Positions 11,736-25,329 of a stretch of 64,000 nucleotides of DNA are shown here, piece by piece. The DNA comes from Amphiscolops sp. MND2022 (lineage: Eukaryota). Where the stretch lies: positions 40,238,001 through 40,302,000 of the forward strand of contig OZ076421.1 of NCBI GenBank assembly GCA_964187785.1, read 5' to 3'. The notes under the pieces were generated by a model. That model did not search any database, was not told where the DNA came from, and worked only from the letters and a program-made list of their open reading frames with translations. Position 1 is the stretch's first letter; every line of letters starts with the position of its first letter. A program made the translations under genes and the position numbers.

Positions 11736-13913
11736 GCCGCGGCGCACATCTAGGAAGAGGGAAAATGCCTAGGGTGCTTAAACAGGAGACCGTTGTCTTA
11801 CTACATCCCTAGACACTAGTTTTTCTTCCCAAAATGGTTTCCTAGGGGGACTTTTCTATCGTCTAATGAGGCTTCTCTAGTTAGAGCTCCGAAGCGACGC
11901 GCCGGAACTCTCAAAGTCCGGACACGCCCCACAAGCCTGTAAAAACGTATCCTAGGTTCCTAATGCGTTCCTACGAGTTCCTACATGCCTCCGAGGTCAA
12001 AACAGTGATTAGCTGGAAAACATCTTATTTGGCAAATGAGATATAAAAAAGGACCTAGAAGGTCAAACATCTTTCAAATACCAAAGGGGAAATATGGGGA
12101 TAACAAAGAAAAACGGGGATAAGCCCCAGTTACTTTACAGTTTTCAAGCCATCGTTCGAAATACGTCTCTGGCAATCTTCATCGGATGTTGCTGACTTCC
12201 ACAGGAGATGGCACAACACTCCGATAGTCGCTGTTTTGATATTTCTCGATCTTCTTGCATTCTTTCATCATTCTCTGCATTTTTTCTAGCACGTGCTCCA
12301 TTTCTTGCTCGCTCTCCGCGTGTTCTCTCTTTTCTTTCACGCCTTTTGTACCTGCTAGGTCGGCCATCTTTTTTCTTCTATTTTGACATCGCACATTTCG
12401 AATTTTTCATCGAAATTTTGGTCATGCCGGTGGCAGACGTTACACATACTTTAGAGGGTTTATTTACCAAGCTGCAGTGCTGTGTCTTTCAAAGAAAAAC
12501 TTGAGGTGTCGAGATTTCATTTCCGTCTGAGATGGCATTCAAGTCAAGTCGTATGAAATGGTAATTTTGAGACTTACAGTTGATTCGCTAATGCAGCCGA
12601 CAAAACTCAATGCTTCACATATCTAGGCTACATTATTAGAGGTGATGAGCTTGAATAAGAGGTTGAGATGCTTGGTTTCGAAAATAATTATCTGGATTAT
12701 CATAAATATGAAATTCATGCAATCACATTGGTTATAGGTTATGTTATACACGACTCAGATGTGAAAAATTTCAAAATGATGTGAACCGATTTTAATTTGA
12801 GTTGCACTTTCTCTTTTTCATTTTCGGGTTCTTGTTCAAGTTGTTTTTGAGGCTTCGAGCTTTGCGAGACTGCCATTATGGTGGAGTTTTTTTCAGCAGA
12901 TTTTTAAACCTGTGCATAATCTGGCAAATTATCAAAACCCAGAATAGAAATCGATACCATGTTTCCATTAAAAAATGTGCAAAATCCTAGGCTACGTTTT
13001 TGCTGAAAAACTTCAAAAAAATCAACTTCATGGTTTTTTGGGAAGAAGTTTTGAAAAAAAGCAGTTTCCTAGTGTTTTTTATCTTTGATACCATATATTT
13101 CAAACCTGGGACCGAATGCAGAGTCGATGTGAAATGTTTCGTCAATTCTAAAAGCATTTTATAGGCTACATTTTATCCTAAAATCCTGAAAGTGGTCACA
13201 TTTTTTTTACTTCTTTGTTTTTGTTTGGGATAAAAAAATGTTTTCCAAAATGTAGCTCATCTTTCGCAAAACTGAAAAAAGATACGAAAACTACTATTTC
13301 TCGCAAAGTAATACAAATATGTAGGCTAGTTTTTGTACCAATAAAGTTTCTGCCATTAAGTATGACGCCTTCGTTATTCTGCCAGAAATTATGTTTTTTT
13401 CTTTTTCTTCTCAGTTCTGTTACACCTGAGCGCTTAAATCTTAGCACCAAATATGGAGTCCATTTCGTTAGTTGTGCGAGGGTTCTGCAGGGACGAAAAG
13501 AAATATCTCAAAATTTTCCAATTTGTAGCAGCCCTTGTTGAAACTGCTTGAACTTTTTGCTGGTACTTTAATGCTGCCAGCTACTTGCATCAAGATTTTG
13601 TAAACCTCTTAGGGAAACTTCGATGCCAAAATATTCCCCTGTTGTATTTAATTCTTATCAAGCTGCTTGTAAAATTTATCAAAGTTGTGGTGACAATTTT
13701 AAGCCTTGAAGTTTCGCAGGTTTTATTAAGCAGCGCCTCTAATTTTGAAACCAAAGAAGTTGGTGCTGGGGCTAAATTTTACTGCTAATTTGATATAAAC
13801 CAACTTCAATCACGTAATAAACTGCAAATTAGCGTCTTGTTTAACGTGGAATTTGAGAAGCGGAGATCATATCAGATTGGAAGTTGAGAAAAAATGTAAA
13901 TACAAAGTGATTG

Positions 13914-13994
13914 TGTCGGTAATGATTTGAAGTTTATTTTCAAATTTAATTACCGTAATTAAATTTGAAAATAAACTTCAAATCATTACCGACA
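13914..13994. repeat. Perfect 81-bp palindrome (40-bp arms, 1-nt centre)
   Basis: TGTCGGTAATGATTTGAAGTTTATTTTCAAATTTAATTAC-C-GTAATTAAATTTGAAAATAAACTTCAAATCATTACCGACA. Confidence 0.95.
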
Positions 13995-14704
13995 AAAGTG
14001 ACAAAAGTGAAAAATGCTGTATACTCGTACATGAACTACCATCCGAAGTTCACTGAGTTTTCGGTTTTAAGAAACGGAAGGTTATATTGGTTTTATAAAA
14101 TATATTTATAGGTTTTACCAAATAGACACGGAAACCATCCTCCCTCAGGAAGTATGACAAGGATGTGGTCTAGTTTTTTTTACCATCTAAGTTTCCGTCA
14201 TGAAGTATGACGCTTTCGGTTTTCAGCCAAAAATACATTTTTCATTTTTTTTTCATTTTTTTCGTTTATCTTTATGGTTCTTTCATAAAGGATCCCTGAT
14301 CTGAGACATGACAACTTTTAATTCTCTCTTTTATCGTGACTGTGGAGCATGAAATTCAGAGTTATAGTTAGATTAGTTCAAAATCATTTGTGGTTCGTGG
14401 GTTTTTCGATTGACTCGTCTATTCGTGCTTTGGAATTGGAAAGACGGGTAAGAGTTCTGAGCGTTTTTTAAATTAGCATTGGCTTTGAAAATAATAGGAC
14501 AGCAAAACCCCTAAAATCTGATCAAAAAGAGAGTTGGCGTGTATTTACAGTTTTTCCGCAATCAATAATCGAAGTTGACGTATTCCTTTATTTTAATGTT
14601 GAAGTGACTATTGGAAGTAACTATTTTACAATAATTTGGATTATCGAGTTGTTAATAGGCTTTTGAGTTGGGTTTTACTATTGAAGCTACGTTTTTTGGT
14701 TTTT

Positions 14705-16000
14705 GAAGTTTTGTGTTACTATGGAAAGAGCTATTTGAAAGATATGAATAAAAGTAGGCAAGTAAAGAGGTGTCACAACCCCACAGTTGAGCTTGTGCAG
14801 TTGTGCAATCCTCCTAAAAGAGAACAAATGGACAACTTAAAGTAAAAGACGAACAACCCGAGGACCCAAAACCAATAGGAACCCACCTACAGCAGAGAAT
14901 GTGGTTGTTAACAACAAAGCCCCATTGATGATACAAATACCTCCCAATGGGAGAGGGATGGACATGCCTCAGCAAGCCCCTGTGGCCAATCATCAAAAGG
15001 TGCCCAACTTCCCTTTTCATGTGGGACACAGTACCAATTTGCTGCTTAATCCGACCTGTGAAAGACATGCATATACTGTTCCCCACCGTCATGCCTAATG
15101 TGGCGGGCTTTTTCGATTGGTGCGGAAAGTGCTATGATCAAATAGCATTGGAAATCCTGGGCGATTATTTGATAGCAACCACCTACGATGCCGAAACAGT
15201 AAGAGACTGTGGTGTAAGATCGCGTGCATTAATTGACGGATTTGAAGCTGCAGTGTTCTCGTTTAAAAGTGCAACCCCAGAGTTGTGCTGGTGCAGTTGG
15301 GCAACCCTAAAAGAGAACAGATGGACCGCTTTAAAGTAAAAAACGAACAACCCGAGGACACAAAACTATCAAACATTCCCCATTTTCTTTCCTTTTATCT
15401 TCCATGTTCCTTTGCTTTTCAGTTCGTAGTTCGATAGTGTCATGTAAATGTTTTAGTTTTATCAGTTTAGTTAAAATAGACAATGTCAATGGAATACCAT
15501 GTGACCATGTGTTTTAAACAATGTTGCTATCGTTTTTACTTGACATGAATCAAGATATAAGGTCTCAAACTTTAGATTTAGAATAGTATGATGCCATTCC
15601 TGAACTAATATTGTGAAAAGATTGTAAATGACGTGCCACTAAGCGAATTCAGTGATGAGTATTCGTCGTTATACTGTATTTCAAGGGACTTATAAACGTC
15701 ACTATGCGGTTTTCAGCTTATAATATGTGTTTTTGGTGCTTTCAATCAGCATTGATCAAACGTGACTATGCTGAATACTGGATAATGCATATGCGGCATC
15801 CTGTGGTTTTCCAGGGACTTTAAGTCGGACTCTGACGTTGGTCTATTTATAGCATTTTTGAACCGTGACAACCCTAAAATTGAGTGTCATATTTTATGAT
15901 TTTTCCATTTTTAAAAAATGCAGAATACGTCAGTTGAAATATAACTTGTCCCAGAGACAGTTGCTTCGGAAGCAGCAAATCCAAACACTGTAAAAGCAAA
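14705..16000 (+). repeat. LTR/leader-like direct repeat, copy 1 (copy 2 at about 34103-35445)
   Basis: Near-identical for about 380 bp at a constant offset of 19,398, then more diverged. Both copies are followed by the same gag family. Confidence 0.75.
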
Positions 16001-16099
16001 TTCCGTGATATTTATTTGTATCACCCGAATTGACTTCACAAGATTGACGAATAAAATCAAATTCTTTCCTGCACTACAATAAATTTTTATCTTCAGCAA

Positions 16100-19000
16100 G
16101 TTGGGAAACAAGAAAAACCGAACGTCCAGAAGGTTAGAAACTCCGTCCCCGGAGAGCGAATCAAATGAAGTACAAGTAGAAACATCACCCTAAGGTAATG
16201 TTACTTTAACTAATGTTAATGTAGAAGCCAAGAAAGTTTAGGAGATGATCTGAGATCCCAACCTGGTCAGATCAGCAATGAAATTCAAGCCTGGACAAAA
16301 ACATAAAAACAATGATAGAATCACAAAAATGAGAGAAGATATGGGGAACAAACTTGGTGCAATTCTGATGGAAATAAAAACTAAGAAAAGCACAGTCATA
16401 CACAACCTTCGGGATGCGGGGGCAAAAAGTCTATGGGAGTTAACGCATCTGATAATGAAAAGTTAGACTCAGAAAACGAATATATTCCCCTCAAAGCTTC
16501 AGAAATGACAAAATTAGGACATCCAGCCAAACCTAAACGTCAAAATGATTCAACTTTAGACACGACAGTAGTTTTTAACGAGGAATCCGATGAGGAGGAT
16601 TTTCACATGGTGGCAGGAGCCAACAGACCACTCCATAGACAAAACTCTTAACATACCCAGCTTCTTAACGACACCTTAGGATCCCACACAGACCACCATA
16701 CGTCCACTTCTACGACAAAACTTCTTGACGCGGTCAACCAAAATGTCCGAGCCATAGAAAAATTAGCCAACAAAACACACAACAATCCCTTTTCCACCGC
16801 AAAAACACACCTACATCCAGGGGAAAAAGGAGAAAAAGAAGAAATTGAGTACTTCGAAGACTTTTTCCATACAACCCTCAAAATGCACCCAAATCTCACA
16901 GAAGAATGAAAAAATAACTACTTCCATGCACATCTCAGATCTTTGGCGCTAAAAGATTTCAAAAACAACTAAAGAACACCCACAACAACTCTGAAAGACA
17001 TCTCAAAGGTGTTCGGTCGAAAGTATGTAAAAATCACAAACTAGTGCCACAGCAAAGCACAGATGCCATCGAGTAACATTTAATCCAGAAAATCGAAAAC
17101 TGACTGACTTTCTTGAAAAGTTGCAAGCAAGCGCAGAAAAAGCGTTCGGTGACAATGCACACCACATAATAGAGAATCTACTTTATGCTAAAATGCCACC
17201 ACATCTCAAAAATTCAATCAACCAAGTCTATCTGGAGAATGGCTCATATGACCAAATTCTCAAAAACCTAGAAAAGAAAAGGAGCTCATTGGCTTGGAAG
17301 CTGACAAACTCTAGTCAAAACTCAAATGACCGCTTTGACAAAATGTCAAAGCAGTGAAAAATCCACCAAACAACAAACAGAAAAGTCCGAAACACGGACT
17401 CCTAAAACTGTAACCAACAAAACCCTCAAAGTTGCTTAGTGTCGTTATTGCAAAGATGCGAGGCCACACTACCAACGATTGCCCTAAACTAGCCAAACGA
17501 CGTAAACTTGAAGCGGACCCAGATGCCTCTGAATGTCTAAATTGTAAAACTCCAGGCCATGACGAAGAAAACTGCTATTTCCCTGCAAACATGAAATTTC
17601 GACCATCTAAATGGACTTTCACAGAAACAAAAAAGAAGATCATCGAAATTTATGAACAAGCTAAAATCCCAGCAAACCAAATTTGGAACGACAACAACAA
17701 ACCTTGTCCGAGGGTTTAAACTAGAAACGCCACGCCTTAACAACCAAAACGCCAATATAAAACCACAAGATGACTGGCGGCATCATGAGGACTCAATAAA
17801 CAAAAAACTCAAACAACTGACTACAGAACCCGACACAACTACTTGGACCACAGAAACATTACGATACATATCCCCGCAAGGAAGTTCCCAGATCTTTTGA
17901 AAATTTAAATATTATAACAACCCCAAGAATCGTATTACGAACTCCTACGAAATGCCCCAGAAAATTACAAACACTACCAAAAACAACTCGTTTTAAACCC
18001 GATGCAACCATAGTAAAACACCACACCGGAAACTCGTCTCGTTTTGCAATGAATAAAAACAACCTCTTCTAGATGAAGACATCTCAAACCATATAGAGTT
18101 TGACCAGGAACGAAACCTGTCAAACATTCCAATCTTCACCTCCTTAACACTAAAGCAAAAACGCTACATGTACTACATGCCGATGAACTTCAAAAAACTC
18201 AGCTTGGACGGTCGCATTGTCACAGAAGCCCTGACAAGTGCAATTTCAGAACAGGGCCTCGACAAAATCAAATTGGTGGCAAGTGAAGCAATAAATGAAA
18301 CAGATCCTCCTCCAAATCATAGTGGCAAATGGTCAACTAGAACTTTTTTTATCATGGAAAACTTGCCAAATCCACTCTTCGGACTTTGATTTCTCCGACG
18401 AAACAACGCTGTCTTTGATGTCACCAAAGCCATTTTAACCTTTTCTTATCTCTCAATGCAACCTAAACCTGATATCCAATTAACAATGAGACAAACATCA
18501 CCACCACTCTTTGCGAAAAACGCCTACACTATTCAGCCAGACGAAATGCTTACCACAGCAAGCAGATGCCTCACCTCCTGGATCACAACGCAACAGAAGT
18601 AGTCACCCCATCACAACAGTTCGAAAGTCATAAATTTATTTTTATCACCTCATAACTTAGTACCGTCAACAAAAAAGTTGTTGGGTACCAGTTGATCAAA
18701 GTTTCCGAATTACCATATACAATCACTATTGATACACACCTAGCGGATTTCAAGTTCTTAACACCCGAACAAATTAAAAACATACAACCTGTAGATCCAA
18801 CGATGTTATTATTCATGACACAACATGAGGACACAACCGAGATCTATATGAATGATATCCTGAAACACCTACTGGTTCCCAACGCCAGGAAAACTAGGTG
18901 ATCCCACAACATACACACCAATCCAACAACGAATCTACAACGAAGTTTTTGAGCCAAAGCAACTTGAGAAACTAAACCCACAAGACGACGAGCCATCCAG

Positions 19001-19555
19001 AAAAAAACTTCACTTCAAATTTCGACTGGTCTGATACAACTCTCAGCCCAGAGGAACAACTAATTGAAAAAATTCTTCTGAGTTTGACGATAACTTTGCA
19101 AGACACCGCTTCGATATAGGAACAAATCGCGAGTTCAAAGTAAAAATAACACCAAATGATGATAGCCATGCGTACAGTCAGAGTCTACCAACCCCAATTA
19201 ACGTCGCAGATGATATCACAGTCGAACTAGCAATCTTTCGTAAAAATGGCATTATTACAACGTTGCCCTTCGCAAAGTACGCGAGTCCTCTTTTCCCTCA
19301 ACGCAAAACGAATGGACACCTTAGACTCCTTGTGGATCTTAGGAAATCAACAATTTAACAACTGAAGACTACATCACTAAAAACCATTATGTAAGCACCC
19401 TATCGGATGCAGCACAACACATAGCAGGGGAAAGACGTTTGTCCCAAGTAAAATGCTCCCAGGCTCACCACTGCCTACAAATGGCAGATTACCAATCCAT
19501 CCAAATGCTCGCCTTCAATTTGCAAGCTGAAAAATTGCTCATCGCAGGCTTGCCT
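16100..19555 (+). mobile_element. gag-pol: Degenerate Ty3/Gypsy element (family B): gag with two CCHC knuckles, protease remnant, 5' half of RT
   Basis: QASAEKAFGDNAHHIIENLLYAKMPPHLK; C..CK..GHTTNDC and CLNCKTPGHDEENC knuckles; ALTSAISE (protease); KYASPLFPQRKTNGHLRLLVDLRK (RT). Truncated near 19555. Confidence 0.9.
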
Positions 19556-19623
19556 AACCAACTGGCGTTGGATCCGGGTTCCTGAGATGTCAATTACCTC
19601 GTCTAATTCTGATCATCTTGTCG

Positions 19624-19897
19624 AAGGAAAAAGGTAGTTGTCGCTGCCCCATGAATGCAGTCATCATATTCGATCGTGGGCCTCCGGTCCTGAACCAATC
19701 CTCTAGAGCTGTTACATCTCCTGGATGAGCCATAAACTCATCCCCGGAGCCACTTGAGACGAAGGAAAAAGGTAGTTGTCGCTGCCCCATGAATGCAGTC
19801 ATCATATTCGATCGTGGGCCTCCGGTCCTGAACCAATCCTCTAGAGCTGTTACATCTCCTGGATGAGCCATAAACTCATCCCAGGAGCCACTTGAGA
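19624..19897. repeat. Tandem duplication, 138-bp period, 2 copies
   Basis: AAGGAAAAAGGTAGTTGTCGCTGCCCC... starts at 19624 and again at 19762. Confidence 0.9.
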
Positions 19898-20049
19898 CCT
19901 CAATTTTTCTGGGGGACAAAATGGGTAGTAGAGATTCTCGAGATTGAATTGTAGGTAATCCATGAGATTCGTATAGTTAGGTAGTCGTTAGAGGAGGAAA
20001 CTTTTGGGGTTTATTGTTCTGAATTAGTTCAGTTTGAGTTGCAATTTAT

Positions 20050-20750
20050 TTTTGATGTGTTACTGTTACTGAAGTTGATGCGCAAGACCTTATTGTAGTC
20101 GTCTCATTGTAGTTGATCCTGTTGTCTGCGACAATTCTCGCGGAATAATTGAGAGTCATGATTTCTATCTCAATTCGAATCCTTATATAGAACCTAAGGT
20201 AATACGGTCGGGTATTTCAAAGTGATGGGACCAATCCACTTCCATCAATGAGGGGTAAACAAGTCAAAGTCAAGTGTTTCTTTCAGTTTTATCTCGTAGC
20301 ATAATCACATTAGATGCTCTTCACTTTATTGAACTGGTGTTTTAAATGGTTTCTCAACAATTCTTCTTCCAATTTGAGGAAGTGGAAAAGATTTAGATGA
20401 CAACATTCATTCATGAAACAATAAACAGGGCTATATTCATTCAGAGTTACTTGATTAGAATGGAAGAACTAGAGAAACATTGTAGGAAAAATTTCAAACA
20501 AAGAGATTTAGATACTCAAAACACAGGTCTGTCTGTCCACTACGTTTCTGGCTTTCTCAGTCCCGCGCTTAAAAGTACACTAGTGTCTGAAAACTGGTAG
20601 TTAAATTCACATGTTACTTTCATAATGGAAATCAGGATATACCACCACTTAACGTTATGTGACCATGTCCTCTTGCAAGTTTGAACTTCACTTACAAATA
20701 CATCGATAGACATTTACACAATCAATTGTGATGATTGCCTAATAGTCCAC
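20050..20750 (-). pseudogene. Probable Gypsy integrase C-terminal remnant
   Basis: Minus-strand WKWIGP (GPY/F-like) and a possible IDVF motif; heavily decayed. Confidence 0.3.
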
Positions 20751-22058
20751 CATTTTGCTAATATCACGTTTGTTTTATTCACATGTGCTGTGCATCGTGC
20801 CATGTAGTATTATTGGACTTCAAACCAGCGAGAATGAATACAATATACTACGTGTTTTCGTTCTTGACTATTCCTTTCCATGCTGTGCACTGCTGCGTGT
20901 ACTTCCGCATAGTACCGCACACTCCGTTTCTAGAATTCCGCATGATACTCTTCACTCGTATTTTCGCCATTCGTAATTCCGCACGATGCCACATTCTCTG
21001 CGTTTGTGATATCGCACGAGATTTGTAAATGCATTTAGGTCACCACCGCTGGCAGTGAAGTTGGATAATGGGTCACTTTGTTGGTGTCGATTATGTAATC
21101 ATTCTCTGGCAGAAGTGATTGACAATTAATTGAGCGATCAGATTTGAGTGCGATTTAATTCAAACTTCCCTGCTTGCTTTCATTCGATTTTTGCCTGAAT
21201 TTTGTACGCCACGCGTTCCAAATTTGCATGCTTATTCAATTCTGTAATCCGTTTTCCTTCACTTTTTTCTTTATTGAGTAGTATGTTTGATAGTCAAAGT
21301 TTTTTCGTTCTATCAGCTCCTCCCCCTGGATTGCAAAACTATCGTTTTCCGTCATTGACAATCAAAATTCTTTGTTCTTTTGTTCACTTAACAGTACATT
21401 GTCACTGTTCAAAGTTATCATTCCTCATAATACGTAGGGAAACAAATAGCCGCAGGAAGTCTCATAAAGACCAAACTTCAAGACGACAAACTGCTGCATG
21501 GGGATACAAACCTCCTTCTGAGTTTTCTCCGGGGTAGTTCAAACGCTTTTTGTTTTTGATTTAAAGTAGGGTTTGTTTGATCAGGGAATTTATCATGCAA
21601 AGCTGGCCGGCCCGCAATCAAAAATAACAATTCTTTCATGGTCGTTTTTTTTTCGATTTATCTCAAACCAAACCTGTTTCAAAATGAGTTTGATCGGAAG
21701 TAGAACGTTTTATGTTTCTCACCACGTCCGGTTTACTGTTGATTTGAACTACTTCCTGTGACTTTGTCGTCTGCTCTTGCTTCCGCTCTCAGCAGATAGT
21801 CGTTTGTTTTAGTTGAAATAAGAGCAACTCAGAAATGTCTCTTCTCTCTCGCGATCACCAACATAAATTTATACGCCATTTCAAGTTGTTTCGCCGGTTC
21901 GGTGTTGTTATTCTGCACCAGTGTAATTCCAACAATCTCCAGTTACCGAGAACAACGACGGGATCGAGCGCGTTTTTTTGGCCGACTTGGAAGACTCCCC
22001 TAATCCTGGACCACTTTTATTCCACGACACCGTAAATGAGTCTGAAGTCTTTCCTCCA

Positions 22059-23748
22059 CATTACGACGCCAAACAGGGAGATTTAGTTTTCTCAAGTTTT
22101 GAGGAAAATTGGCTTTTGCGACTAGCAAAATGTGTTTTCTAGAAATGAGGAAAAAGTGAACTTCAAAGTGCCACCAATTTGACCAAAAAATTCAGACAGA
22201 CAATAATAATGGTAGTGCAAAAATAAAATTTTCAAGAAAAGAGGAAATGGTTTTTTGGAATCTTCACAATCATAAAAAGATATGGTAGCATGCCTAACAA
22301 CTGCTGTGAAGATTCTTCGTAAACTCGTAAATTTTTCAACGTTTTCTGGAATATTTGAAAGCAAACATCGGTACATGACCTCGTTGCCGTCTATCAACTT
22401 TCAATGTTCAAATTACAGTTTTGAAAAGGGCTGCTTTGTGAATATTGAGTCAAATCACCATTGTTAATAATGTTTCCTGAATTTGGAAAACAGGGCGAGG
22501 TGCTTGATACATTACATGGAACGGTCCTGGAGTCGTTTCAAAATTAACAGTTTCATTAAAATTGAAATGATTTTTTTTTAGTTTGGCAAACAGGGGTATG
22601 GGTGAGGAGGTATTTGATACATTCTATTTGAACGCTCCTGGAGTCGTTCTAAAGTTAACGTCTCCTTACAAGTGATGTGAAGTTTTTTGAAATTGGCAAA
22701 TTTGGGAGGTGTTTGGGGATAAAGTTTTAAATGTTAAGAACAGCAAACATAGCGGTTGTTTGATACATTTTATTTTAGCGCTCCTGGAGTTGTTTCAAAA
22801 TTTATTGTTTCATTTCACTTGATATGAAGTTTCTTCATGTGAGAATATTATTTTTTTTTAAAAAAAAACAGGAGACGTTTAGAACTTTCTCCGGTCCCCC
22901 CGGAACGTAATATAAGATTTGAAATCTATCTAATTTGAAAACCATCTTCCCAACAAGTGTAACTTCTTGTCATATGAGATATTTATATTTAAACCGGAGA
23001 AGTTTTGAACTTTCTTTCCACTGATGAATATTTTTTCCAGATCTGAAGTTGGGGCTCATGCTTCATTACAAATGGAAAAAGAGATTTTTTGATTTGGCAA
23101 ACATTGGGGGTGTTTATTTGAAACATTCTACTTAAACAATTCTGGAGGCGTTACAAATCTTTTTGTTTCATTACAATTAGAAATAGGGATTTCTTTAAAT
23201 TTGACAAACAAGGGTGGGGGGGTTATCGGTTTTAAACATTCTACTTAAACGCTCCTGGAGTCAAAATTTTTTTACAAAATGGTTTTTTTCATTACAAATA
23301 GTAAGAAGTTTTTACAATTCGACAAACGGGGGATTTATTTTGTGAAAACCATTTCAACATAATCAACAAAATTATTCATTAACAAAAGGAAGAATCCAAA
23401 AATTTTCTATATGGTATTTCTGTGAATTCATACGGAACAAAGAATCCACAAAAATTTAATAACTCAATTATGTGACCCAATTAGTGCAGAATCCCCGCAA
23501 ACTAATATTTGCTAAAAATTGCTAAAACGAAGAATCCACAAAACTTCAAGAAATCAGGAAAACAGTGAACATTTTGTTTCGGCGATTCTTCGCAGGTTAC
23601 GCAGTTATTCGTGCAAGAATCCAGAAAATTGTTTCACTCCATTTTCCTCATTTCTTGAAAACCCACATAATGTAATCGATGTGAAGAATCCACACCACAC
23701 TGCAACATATCGGTTGCAGTCAAAAGTTCCCTGTTTGGCGTCGTAATG
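22059..23748. mobile_element. 1,690-bp non-autonomous TIR element (MITE-like deletion derivative of the giant transposon)
   Basis: Perfect 21-bp TIRs CATTACGACGCCAAACAGGGA / TCCCTGTTTGGCGTCGTAATG and a CA 2-bp TSD on both sides. The interior aligns by eye (reverse complement) to 40086-41140 and to about 63780-63900. Confidence 0.9.
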
Positions 23749-25329
23749 CACAGGAAAAAGAATTACCCACTCAGGGAATTTCAGAGACGGGAGTAATTGA
23801 TTCCCCGTCTGCTCCTACTCCACCCACTGCTGTCAACTTGACTGAGAGAGTAGCCAGCAGACAAATGATTCACCACGTTTCACCAAGTTTTCGCGAAACA
23901 ATAGAGGGACTACAACCTCCGCTGTGAAACACAAAATTGTAGGCATTGACATCCCCTTTCTTTTTATATGGGAGAACATACCGGAATTCAGCTCATCTAC
24001 AAATCAAAGCAAAAGTGACATTGCTCAAATTTGCATTCTGGAACACGGACTCCGCCACGGTGGACATGTCGGCTTCCTACTCGGAACTTGGGAAAATATG
24101 TCGCGATTGTCGCAAGGAAGCAGCGCCCAAACATTCACTTATATTTGGGCAAACGCCAACGTCATGTTCCGTGAGTTAATGCACTACTGTGTGGTCACTA
24201 GTGGTACTACTGGGATTTACTCACTGCTATTCCAAAGCTCTTTCACCGTGAATAACTTTTACTTGAACTTTTGGTCTGGCAACATATGTTATCAAGTCTG
24301 TTTGGGATCTGGACCTCGCGGGATCCTCTTACTCAAAAAGATCTATGCAATACGTTTGTCGTATCTCAGCCAGTTCGAATCTCCTCCAAACGGCCTTAGC
24401 TTAATCAATTTTGATACGCAACTCGGAGCCTGTTTAGTTAACTCACTTCCAGGAACGAATCGTACCATAGTGGTTAATGGATTTGGATCCATGGAACTGG
24501 AAAAATGTCTTGCGATGCCAACTTTGCGAATCCTCAAAAGACATGACTTCCGAACAATTCTGGATTTTCTACTGATAAAACTGAGGCTCTTGATCAGGAA
24601 TGGTTGCCAACAACTCCAATACTTCATAAGGTACGGTATTTTTTTCATTTAGAATCCACATGATTATTTTGTTTTGACATTACCGGTTTCTGTTCTTTTC
24701 AGTGTTTGTTGCATTTGTATTAGAATATGGAAAAAGGAATCGCAGTGTTTTAAGCAAATTGGGATAAAATGCTAGACCGCCTGAATCTTGTTCCGCGATT
24801 ACCAGCTTTTCGCTTCCACCTGAGAGAGTTAATTACTCGTCTTAGGTTCTTTTTCTTTCTGTATCGTTATGCGTGAATCCACAGACGTTGTTTCAGCCCA
24901 GTACACTTGATGAGTGCTTTGGGCTTGATACAGCCTATTTAGCCAGACTTTTTGTCATGAGATGTGTATTGGATCACTGTTAGTTTCGTTCTATGCCTTA
25001 ACGCAATCACTCTCCACTAATGAGAATCTTTGCTTCCAATATTCTTCGATTGTTTAAATCTCTCCACTTTTCGTTGGAAATCAGATCTAAATAAGCACAA
25101 AAGTTGTTCTTATGTAGTTTCCAGTTCCTTTAGAGATAAAGGTGCAGTACCGCATACTGCCGCATATGCGGTATTCTCTTTTCCGCACACTGCCGCATAG
25201 TCATCGTTCATTTTCTGCAGCAAATTCACGATTTCCGGACAATGCCGCTTATGCGGTGTCCTTATTTCCGCATACTGCCGCAGAGTCAGATTTCAGCCTC
25301 TTTGACCATCATAATGACATTTCCCGCAT

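Noticed and set aside
13050-14330. hAT-like DNA transposon remnant (CAGGGATCC-like end near 14300)
   Set aside because: No matching second terminus, TSD or convincing transposase motif.
23924-24652. 242-aa plus-strand ORF as a real gene
   Set aside because: No recognisable motif and atypical composition; more likely the antisense shadow of a decayed minus-strand ORF.
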